Part shown: one piece after another, positions 56,486 through 64,000 of the stretch | Numbering within the stretch: position 1 is the stretch's first letter | How the letters are laid out: every line of letters begins with the position of its first letter | From: Tahibacter sp. | GTDB lineage: Bacteria > Pseudomonadota > Gammaproteobacteria > Xanthomonadales > Rhodanobacteraceae | Assembly: GCF_032229445.1 (NCBI RefSeq) | Contig: NZ_JAVTWC010000028.1 | Location: 31,149 to 95,148, forward strand | Length of the DNA: 64,000 nucleotides | Reading direction: 5' to 3' | The notes under the pieces: model-generated | The model's database searches: none | Told to the model about the DNA's origin: nothing | What the model saw: the letters and a program-made list of their open reading frames with translations, nothing else | Program-made: the position numbers and the translations under genes

Positions 56486-57844
56486 ATGTCGGCATCTGCG
56501 TGGAATCGACCTGGCCGTGACACGGTCGAGAAGCCGTCGCGACTGGCGGTGCTACACTGCGCGCCCCCTGTTGCTATCTCGTTGATTGTGAAAGAGACGT
56601 TATCCCAAACACTCGCTTGGCTGGACCTGCGCCTCGCGCCGCTCGCACGCCATCTGCCCGAAGCAATGAAGGCACCGCTGCGCCGGCTCGCGCGGCCGGC
56701 CGTCGCCGCGCCAGTGACCGCGTGCGTCGACACCGCGACACCGGACGCAGACGATCCGGCGATTGCTGCGCCTGCGATCGAAGTCGAGCAACCGCCGGGC
56801 GAAACGTGCGAATCCGCGACGCAGGAGCCCACGGCACCACCTTCCGTGCCCGACGCGACCGACGACTACGCCGCGCGTCTGCGCCAGGAACAGGAAATCT
56901 TCGCCGGCCAGACCGACGTCAACGAACTGCCGGCCATTTTCCATTATTGGTCGCATACCTATTTGCGACCCAAGCTCGAACACTTCGGCTGCGCCAATCC
57001 GGACGAGTTCTTCGCCAATGCGCTGCAGGCAGCGTTGCATGATGCGCCGCAGCGGCCGGCGCGCTTTGTCAGCCTGGGCGCCGGCAACTGCGACACCGAG
57101 GTGCGCGTCGCGCAGATCCTCGCGGCGCGCGGCCTGCGCGACTTCGTGCTCGAATGCGTCGACATCAATCCGGTCATGCTCGAACGCGGTGCCGTGCTCG
57201 CGCGCGACGCGGGGTTGAGCGAACAGGTCGTGCCGGTAAGCGGCGACTTCAACGACTGGCAGCCGGCGCGACGCTACGACGCGGCCATGGCGAACCAGAG
57301 CCTGCATCACGTCGTCAATCTCGAAGGGCTGTTCGATGCCATCGCAGCGAACCTGCCGGCGCATGGACGCTTCGTGATTTCCGACATGGTCGGCCGCAAT
57401 GGCCACCTGCGCTGGCCCGAAGCACTCGCGATCGTGCGCGAGTTCTGGAGCGAACTGCCGCCGGACTATCGCTACCACCGCCAGCTGCTGTGCCAGTGGG
57501 ATGAGTTCGTCGACTTCGACTGTTCCGGCGAAGGATTCGAAGGCATCCGCGCGCAGGACATCCTGCCGCTGCTGACCGAACGCTTCGGCTTCGAGAGCTT
57601 CCTCGGCTTCGCCAACGTCATCGATCCGTTCATCGATCGCGGCTTCGGCGGTCACTTCGACGCGGAGTCGGCGCGCGACCGCGAACTCATCGATCGCATT
57701 CATGCACGGGACGAGGCGGAAATGCGCGCCGGCACGATCAAGCCCACGCACCTGATGGCGGTGATGCGCGGCCTGCCCTATGCCGGCCCGACTCGTGCGT
57801 GGCAGCACATGACGCCGCAGCACAGCCTGCGCGTCCCCGGCTGA
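56486..57844 (+). CDS. Class I SAM-dependent methyltransferase (start uncertain: ATG 56486, GTG 56588 or ATG 56666)
   Basis: Motif I VSLGAGNCDTE, post-I CVDINPVML, and ANQSLHHV...GRFVISDMVG. The N-terminal about 120 aa are low complexity. Confidence 0.8.
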   Translation: MSASAWNRPGRDTVEKPSRLAVLHCAPPVAISLIVKETLSQTLAWLDLRLAPLARHLPEAMKAPLRRLARPAVAAPVTACVDTATPDADDPAIAAPAIEVEQPPGETCESATQEPTAPPSVPDATDDYAARLRQEQEIFAGQTDVNELPAIFHYWSHTYLRPKLEHFGCANPDEFFANALQAALHDAPQRPARFVSLGAGNCDTEVRVAQILAARGLRDFVLECVDINPVMLERGAVLARDAGLSEQVVPVSGDFNDWQPARRYDAAMANQSLHHVVNLEGLFDAIAANLPAHGRFVISDMVGRNGHLRWPEALAIVREFWSELPPDYRYHRQLLCQWDEFVDFDCSGEGFEGIRAQDILPLLTERFGFESFLGFANVIDPFIDRGFGGHFDAESARDRELIDRIHARDEAEMRAGTIKPTHLMAVMRGLPYAGPTRAWQHMTPQHSLRVPG

Positions 57845-60060
57845 TGCGGGTCGCCGAGGACACCGGCGCGGCAGCCACTCATACGCCCGCCACGCGGATA
57901 CGCGCGCTGCTCCTGCTGGTCGCCGCGCTGGCGCTCTGCGCGGTCGTCGCCTGGGGACTGATAGTCCCCGGCCCGTTCGGCTGGGCAATAAGCCAGCCGC
58001 AGTCCTGGCAAGGCGGCGCCGAAGCCGCGCTGCTGCTTGCGGGATTGGCGCTGCTTCAGCGCGTATCGGCGCGGCGCTGGCGCCTCCTCGGCACGCTGCT
58101 GCTCGCCGAGTTCTACCTGCGCCGCCACGCCGTCGACGCGCCGGCCGTACTGTGCCTGCTGTATCTCGAGTTCACGCTCGCGCTCGGCGCCGCGGTCACG
58201 CGGCTGTGCGGCGGCGAGCGGCCGCGGGAGGGCGAGGACTATCTGCGCGCTTTCGTACTCGGCATATCGGCGTGGAGCGCCCTGGCATGGCTCGCCTCGG
58301 CCCTGGGCTGGGGCACCCCGGTCGCGCTGCGGATCGTCACGCTCGCGCTGCTGCCGCTGGCGTGCTGGGCGCGGGCGTGCCCGCTGAGTCTGCACCTGCT
58401 GCAGCGCAGCCGCGCCTGGTCCCTGCGCGACCGCGTGCTGCTCGCACTGCTCGCCGGCTGGGTGCTCGTGCTGTTCGCGCGCGCCAACTATGCTTTCAGC
58501 TTCGACGGGCTCTGGTACGGTTTTCGTCCCGAGTACGTGCTGACCGCCGACGGCTCCGTGTTCGCGCCGCTGGGGCTGGTCTCCCCGGTGCATTATTTTC
58601 CAAAACTTTATGAAGTATACCTGTTGCCATTGAGCGGACTCGACGACGCCAGCGTCGTCAGCGGCATGACCATACTGCTGCTCGGCCTGACCGCACTGGC
58701 CGGCACCCGCCTGCTCGCACGCCTCGGCGTGACCTCGACGACGGCGCAGCTGCTGCTGGCCGCGCTCGTGTTCACGCTGCCGGCCATCGCCAATCCGGCG
58801 CTGGAACCCAAGCCCGACATCGCCTGCGCACTGTTTCTGCTGCTCGGGTGGCTGTTCGCCGGCGACTGGCTGCAGTCGCGCCGCTTCGAGCACGCCGCAT
58901 GGTTCCTCGCGGCCGCCTTGCTGGCCGGGTCGAGCAAGCTGATTGCCGTACCCTACCTCGGCCTGCTCGTGACCGGCATCGCGCTGACCGCTGTCCTTGT
59001 GCGTTCAGGACAGCCGGACGTGACGGCCACTCCGGCACGCAACCGTCTCGCCATTGCAGCGCTGCTGCTCGCCACGACGGCGGCCACGTTCGTGATCGCG
59101 CGCACGTGGCTGCTCGCCGGCGTCCCGACCATCGGCCCGGACCCGCTCTACAAGATCTGGACGCTGTTTGGCCTGTCACTGCGTGAGCCGGCCGGCACGC
59201 TGACCTGGGCCATGCCGCAGGACTGGGCGACGGTGCCGGGCCTGATCGTCGACTGGCTGTTGCGCCCGCAGCGCATGGAACACATCGCAATCAGTTGGAC
59301 CGGCAATGTCTGGCTGTGGCTGCCGCTCGCGGCGCTGCTGCTGCGCGCGCGCGCGGTCGCGCCCGACGCGTCGACGCAGTCGCATCGCCGGCTCGCGCTG
59401 TTCCTGATCCTTGCCGGGATCGTCATCGCCATCGGCTGGAGGCACCACGCGCGCGGCAGCGACGGCAACTACTTCATCGCCGCACTCGTGCCGGCGCTGG
59501 TGCTCGGCGTCGCATTCGCCTGGCGCCAGCTGTATCACCAACCGCAGGCACGCCGCGTCTGGTTTGCCGGCGCATTGCTGTTCTGCGGCTTCCAGGCCGC
59601 CTACGCCTTCATCAGCGCCAGTTGGACACCCGGCACGCGCGCGTTCGACCTGGTGCTCGACCGTAGTCCGCGCGATACACGCAAGATCGCCGAGGGTCTC
59701 CTGAGATACCACGGGCTCTGGGAGATTGGCGAGTATCTGCGCACCCGGCCCGGCGTAGCCCGCGTCGTCGGCTGCGCGCCGTTCGAAGCCGCCGTACGGC
59801 TGCCGGCACGGTTCGAGGACTTTCCAGCCATCGCCCTGTCGCGACCGGAATACGTCGCCGACCTCGGCACCGCAGTGCGCTACATGCGGCTTTTTTCCAT
59901 TGGATATTTGTTGCTTCCGAAGCCGGTTGCCGGCAGCGACGCCTCAAGCCAGCTCATCCATGGCTGCACGCCGCACAATACTCCGCCGCAGGGAACGCGG
60001 CTGGTGCTGGAAAACGAGCGCTATCTGCTGGTCGAACCCGTCGTACCCGACAGCGGCTGA
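57844..60060 (+). CDS. Large polytopic membrane protein (738 aa), function unknown, possibly GT-C/polymerase-like
   Basis: ATG 57844 overlaps the methyltransferase stop (TGATG). About 14 or more TM helices are followed by a C-terminal soluble domain of about 150 aa. No motif recognised. Confidence 0.55.
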   Translation: MRVAEDTGAAATHTPATRIRALLLLVAALALCAVVAWGLIVPGPFGWAISQPQSWQGGAEAALLLAGLALLQRVSARRWRLLGTLLLAEFYLRRHAVDAPAVLCLLYLEFTLALGAAVTRLCGGERPREGEDYLRAFVLGISAWSALAWLASALGWGTPVALRIVTLALLPLACWARACPLSLHLLQRSRAWSLRDRVLLALLAGWVLVLFARANYAFSFDGLWYGFRPEYVLTADGSVFAPLGLVSPVHYFPKLYEVYLLPLSGLDDASVVSGMTILLLGLTALAGTRLLARLGVTSTTAQLLLAALVFTLPAIANPALEPKPDIACALFLLLGWLFAGDWLQSRRFEHAAWFLAAALLAGSSKLIAVPYLGLLVTGIALTAVLVRSGQPDVTATPARNRLAIAALLLATTAATFVIARTWLLAGVPTIGPDPLYKIWTLFGLSLREPAGTLTWAMPQDWATVPGLIVDWLLRPQRMEHIAISWTGNVWLWLPLAALLLRARAVAPDASTQSHRRLALFLILAGIVIAIGWRHHARGSDGNYFIAALVPALVLGVAFAWRQLYHQPQARRVWFAGALLFCGFQAAYAFISASWTPGTRAFDLVLDRSPRDTRKIAEGLLRYHGLWEIGEYLRTRPGVARVVGCAPFEAAVRLPARFEDFPAIALSRPEYVADLGTAVRYMRLFSIGYLLLPKPVAGSDASSQLIHGCTPHNTPPQGTRLVLENERYLLVEPVVPDSG

Positions 60061-60139
60061 CGCAGCGCGCAGTCAGCCCCCCGCGGCGTCGATATACTGC
60101 GCGCCCTCTGTCGAACCCTGCCGCTGGCCGATCACGACC

Positions 60140-61543
60140 ATGCTGTTCAATTCCCTGCACTTCGTCGTCTTCTTCGTGATCGTGCTCACGCTCAATCAGG
60201 GCCTGCGTCCGTGGCCCACGGCGCAGAAGTTCATGCTGCTGGCGGCGAGCTACTATTTCTACGGCCAGTGGAGCTGGATGTATCTCGGCATCATCGTCTA
60301 CTCCACGCTGCTCGACTATTCGATCGCGTTGGGCATGGTGCGCGTATCACGGCCGCGCTATCTGTTGCTGCTTAGCCTCGTCACCAATCTCGGCCTGCTC
60401 GCGTTCTTCAAATACGCCAACTGGCTCATCGACAACTGGAACGCCGCGGGCGATGCGGTCGGATTCGCGCTGCAGATCACGCCGATCGATCTCATACTGC
60501 CGGTCGGCATATCCTTCTATACATTCCAGAGCCTGTCCTACACGATAGACGTCTATCGCGGCGTGAGCCGGCCGCGGCGCAACTTGCTCGACTACGCCCT
60601 GTTCGTGTCGTTCTTCCCGCAGCTTGCTGCCGGACCCATCGTGCGCGACTACGAGTTCTTCCGCGAGCTCGACGGCGAAAAGCGCGTGGATGCCGCTGAC
60701 GTGCAGCGCGCACTGGTGCTGATCGCATTCGGCTTCGTCAAGAAAATCGTCTTCGCGGACAATCTCGCGCTGTATGCCGACCCGATCTTCGCCAATCCCT
60801 CGCAGCACGGCTTCTGGGATAGCCTGCTCGCCGTCTACGCCTTCAGCTTCCAGATCTACTGCGATTTCTCGGGCTACACCGACATCGCGATCGGTCTCGC
60901 GCTGCTGCTCGGTTTCCGCTACCCGCAAAATTTTAACTATCCCTATTTCGCCGACAGCGTGCGGGAATTCTGGCGCCGCTGGCACATGACGCTGTCGCGC
61001 TGGCTGCGCGACTATCTGTACATCTCGCTCGGCGGCAATCGCCACGGCAATCTGCATACGTATTTCAACCTCATGCTGACCATGCTGCTCGGCGGCCTGT
61101 GGCACGGGGCGAGCTGGAACTTCGTGATCTGGGGCGGGCTGCACGGCGCCTATCTGGCGTTCGAACGCGCGGTCCTGTTCCGCCTGCCGTTCTGGAATGC
61201 GGACAACGCGCTCATGCGCAGCCTGCGCTGGCTGCTGACGTTCAACCTGGTCTGCTTCGCGTGGATCTTCTTCCGCGCCAAGACCTTCGGCGACGCCACA
61301 ACGATGATCGCGAACATCGCCGGCGCGGCCTCGCCGACGTTTGACCCGGCGAACCATCTGCATATGCTGCTGTTGCTGGTCGCGATGCTGGCCGTGCACC
61401 TGCTCGGCGGCTGGAAAGGCTTCAAGGAATGGCTCGCGCGCGAGCGCGGACCGGTGTTCGCCGTCACGCTCGCGGCTATCGGCCTGCTGCTGATCTGGTT
61501 CACGCCAGCGGCGACCGTGCCGTTCATCTACTTCCAGTTCTGA
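60140..61543 (+). CDS. MBOAT-family membrane O-acyltransferase (AlgI/DltB/PatA-like)
   Basis: 467 aa from ATG 60140 (MLFNSLHFVVFF). Motifs FWRRWHMTLSRWLRDYLYISLGGNR and the conserved His in LGGLWHGASWNF. Confidence 0.9.
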   Translation: MLFNSLHFVVFFVIVLTLNQGLRPWPTAQKFMLLAASYYFYGQWSWMYLGIIVYSTLLDYSIALGMVRVSRPRYLLLLSLVTNLGLLAFFKYANWLIDNWNAAGDAVGFALQITPIDLILPVGISFYTFQSLSYTIDVYRGVSRPRRNLLDYALFVSFFPQLAAGPIVRDYEFFRELDGEKRVDAADVQRALVLIAFGFVKKIVFADNLALYADPIFANPSQHGFWDSLLAVYAFSFQIYCDFSGYTDIAIGLALLLGFRYPQNFNYPYFADSVREFWRRWHMTLSRWLRDYLYISLGGNRHGNLHTYFNLMLTMLLGGLWHGASWNFVIWGGLHGAYLAFERAVLFRLPFWNADNALMRSLRWLLTFNLVCFAWIFFRAKTFGDATTMIANIAGAASPTFDPANHLHMLLLLVAMLAVHLLGGWKGFKEWLARERGPVFAVTLAAIGLLLIWFTPAATVPFIYFQF

Positions 61544-61551
61544 GTGCGCCG

Positions 61552-62706
61552 ATGAAGACCCTGCTCAAATTCATCGCGCCGCTGCTGTTGCTGATGCTGT
61601 GCGAATCGCTGTTCCGGCTCGGCATCTGGGAAGGCATGGTGAAACCCGACAGCCACGCCGGCACCAGCGTGCGCCTCAAACGTGCGTTGAACGATCCGAC
61701 GATGCGGCAGCTCGATTTCGTGACGCTCGGCAGCTCGCGGCCGGTCTATGGCATCGACCACGAAGCGCTCGCGCGCATCGCGCAGGAACACGGTGCTGTG
61801 CATGCGAACCTGAGCATGCCGGGCTCGCACTGGATGACGGTCGACGTGCTGACCAACTGGCTCGCCGCGCACCGCCCCAACCTGCGCGGCGGCGTCATCG
61901 CCATGGACCTGACCACGTTCATGTATCCGGGCAACGGCAGTTACGAGCTCGCGATCGTCGCGCCGTTCCGCGGCTTTGCCGACGACGCGGTGATCGCGGC
62001 GCACGTGCCCGCCAAACGCGACGAAATGGCAAGCTGGGGCGCACACTCGGCGCTGTATCAATACCGCGAGGACATCCAGGACTACGTCAAGGCGCCACTG
62101 CAGCGGCGCGAATCGGTGACGTGGTGGAAAGGTATGCCGGCGGCCGACGTGCTGCTGCGCAACGCCAAGGAAGCGCGCGACATGTGCGAGTTCGGCGTCG
62201 ATCGCGTCGCTGCCTGCGACAAAGTCGACAGTTCCACCACTGAGGCTGCAAACGGCTTGCGCCATCAGTGCCGCGAACTGCGCGCCACGCTTGCCGGCCG
62301 GCCCGATTTCGCTGCGCTGATGCGTCAGCAACCCTTACCGGACTTCCTGCAGCAGGTGCGCGACAACATCCGCTCGCGGCTGCGCGCGCTGAACTGGCCA
62401 CGTCCGCCCGTGGTGGTGCTGATGCCACTGACCGGCGCCTGGAAAGAAGCCAGTCCACTCGGCCTGCACCAGTGGACACTCAGTGTGCTGCAGCCGCTCG
62501 TCGACGAAGGGCATATCCGACTGATCGACGCAACCGATGCGCTGGCCTCGGCGGACAACGGTGGCTGCGGGCAATATTTCGACTTCTTCCACCAGAACGA
62601 CAGCGGCCGGCAGATGCTCACGGATGCGGTGCTGCCGCAGATCGAGGCCGCGCTGTACGACGATTCGCCGGCGCCCGCCGCGCGCGTTGCAGCGACGGGC
62701 GAATGA
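61552..62706 (+). CDS. Hypothetical periplasmic/anchored protein, candidate DltD/SGNH-like partner of the MBOAT
   Basis: 384 aa from ATG 61552, 9 nt after the MBOAT stop. N-terminal anchor MKTLLKFIAPLLLLMLC. The block-I-like FVTLGSSR resembles the DltD GSS motif. This is a weak assignment by eye. Confidence 0.45.
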   Translation: MKTLLKFIAPLLLLMLCESLFRLGIWEGMVKPDSHAGTSVRLKRALNDPTMRQLDFVTLGSSRPVYGIDHEALARIAQEHGAVHANLSMPGSHWMTVDVLTNWLAAHRPNLRGGVIAMDLTTFMYPGNGSYELAIVAPFRGFADDAVIAAHVPAKRDEMASWGAHSALYQYREDIQDYVKAPLQRRESVTWWKGMPAADVLLRNAKEARDMCEFGVDRVAACDKVDSSTTEAANGLRHQCRELRATLAGRPDFAALMRQQPLPDFLQQVRDNIRSRLRALNWPRPPVVVLMPLTGAWKEASPLGLHQWTLSVLQPLVDEGHIRLIDATDALASADNGGCGQYFDFFHQNDSGRQMLTDAVLPQIEAALYDDSPAPAARVAATGE

Positions 62707-62806
62707 ACGCCATTCCATTTGCAGCACATCCGCCGTCGCTACGCAGCACATCCATTGCCGCGGAGAGCACGAACCAGGCGCCCCACCGTCGCCGGAGCGA
62801 AACCTG

Positions 62807-63955
62807 ATGGACGACTTCCACTGGATTCTTCTTGCGCTGGTCATCATCGCCGCGCTGCGGCGCTGGCGACTGCCGGCGGCCGCGCCGACGCCGGCCGACA
62901 CGCCGGTGCGGCCGCTGCCGTGGCGTACACTGGAACAGGCCATGGCGGCCAAGGGCGACAATCTGCTGCTGTTGCGGCTGATCGCCGCCTCGGCGGTGAT
63001 CTACGGCCACAGCTACGCGATCAGCGGCATTCCCGGCGCGGCCGACCACCTCACGCGGCAGGGCTGGGGGCTGTATTCGGGCACGATCGCGGTACAGATC
63101 TTCTTCGTGGTCAGCGGGTTCCTCGTCACCGGCGCGTGGCTGCGCCGGCCCGATCTCGCCTTCTTCCTGCAATCGCGCGCGCTGCGCATCGTGCCCGCCT
63201 ATCTCGCCTGCCTGGCCCTCAGCGCCCTGCTGCTCGGCGCCGCGCTGACTGATCTTCCGCTCGCGCAGTACTATGCCGACCCACTGACCTGGCGCTACAT
63301 CTGGAAAAATCTCACTTTCTCGCCGGAGATGGTATGGACGCTGCCCGGCGTGTTTGCCGGCAACCCGCATCCGAATACCGTCAACGGTTCGCTGTGGACG
63401 CTCGTTGTCGAGGTGCGCGTGTATGCCTGGCTCGCGATCTTCGGGCTGCTCGGATTGCTCGACCGGCGCGAACGATTCTTCTACGCGGCGCTGATCCTCG
63501 CCTGCGCGCTGTATGCACCCTATGCGCTGCCCATGATGCCGATAGACGAATTCCTGCGCCTTGGCGGCTTTTTCCTCGCCGGCTGCGCGTTCTACCGCTG
63601 GCGCGACCTGATTCCGTTTCACGGCGCGCTGGCCGTGGCGCTGTTCGCTCTGGCCGTGCTCGCCCATGGCGGCACGTGGTTTCTGCCACTGTTCGGGCTC
63701 GCGCTTTCCTACGGCGTGTTCTGGTTCGCCTATGGCCCGCGTTTTCTGCTCGGCTTCAATCGCTTCGGCGACTACTCCTACGGCGTATACCTGTGGGGTT
63801 TTCCCATCCAGCAGGTCGTTGCGTCGCTGTTGCCAGTGCCGACGCCGACGCGCATCACGCTAATCGCGCTGCCCTGCGCCGTCGCGGCCGGCGCACTGTC
63901 CTGGCATCTGCTCGAAAAGCCACTGCTGCGGCTGAAGCGCCGACACACGGCGTGA
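62807..63955 (+). CDS. Acyltransferase family 3 (OafA/YrhL-type) membrane O-acyltransferase
   Basis: About 382 aa (alternative start ATG 62942). About 10 TM helices. The N-terminal LLLLRLIAASAVIYGHS contains the conserved His. It also has FFVVSGF and W..P.Q-type segments. Confidence 0.8.
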   Translation: MDDFHWILLALVIIAALRRWRLPAAAPTPADTPVRPLPWRTLEQAMAAKGDNLLLLRLIAASAVIYGHSYAISGIPGAADHLTRQGWGLYSGTIAVQIFFVVSGFLVTGAWLRRPDLAFFLQSRALRIVPAYLACLALSALLLGAALTDLPLAQYYADPLTWRYIWKNLTFSPEMVWTLPGVFAGNPHPNTVNGSLWTLVVEVRVYAWLAIFGLLGLLDRRERFFYAALILACALYAPYALPMMPIDEFLRLGGFFLAGCAFYRWRDLIPFHGALAVALFALAVLAHGGTWFLPLFGLALSYGVFWFAYGPRFLLGFNRFGDYSYGVYLWGFPIQQVVASLLPVPTPTRITLIALPCAVAAGALSWHLLEKPLLRLKRRHTA

Positions 63956-64000
63956 CCGCGCGCAGGTAGGCGCAACCTGGCCAGTCCGCGACAATGCGTC

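Overview
High-GC sequence (about two-thirds G+C by eye, not computed), densely packed, from a gammaproteobacterial chromosome. I support about 70 protein genes. I recognised no rRNA, tRNA, CRISPR array, transposase or integrase. From my memory of synteny (no search run), the gene order looks most like Xanthomonadales: kdsD-kdsC-lptC-lptA-lptB-rpoN-hpf-ptsN-hprK-rapZ-EIIA(Man)-ptsH-ptsI (42.7-53.6 kb), murA/ibaG, purMN flanked by DUF2066 and DUF3108 genes, and hda-perM. The ORF track contains many long antisense ORFs typical of high-GC DNA. I chose the strand whose translation carries recognisable family motifs, signal peptides or start/stop coupling.

Accessory or unusual content:
- 1.5-3.6 kb: back-to-back Pho boxes between a Pst-like permease operon and a GT4 glycosyltransferase plus PAP2 phosphatase pair.
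- 3.6-5.6 kb: a lower-GC islet with a truncated Rhs/YD-repeat fragment and two paralogous SMI1/KNR4 immunity-type genes.
- 11.3-23.2 kb: a block of poorly characterised secreted or envelope genes lying between tdh and kbl. It includes a hydrolase/ABC exporter/ECF sigma/membrane protein operon, a second orphan ECF sigma, tandem paralogous small secreted proteins and a secreted deiminase.
- Three related purine-rich imperfect palindromes, at 26.1, 31.5 and 48.4 kb. One supplies the C-terminal codons and stop of a gene. One is split by an insert that carries a terminator.
- 27.6-28.1 kb: a bacterial SET-domain protein.
- 53.8-64 kb: a seven-gene envelope glycan/lipid modification cluster of unknown product that probably runs past the window end. 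It encodes a 2OG oxygenase, two large polytopic membrane proteins, a SAM methyltransferase, an MBOAT with a DltD-like partner, and an AT3 acyltransferase.

All functional calls come from motif recognition by eye. No database search was run.
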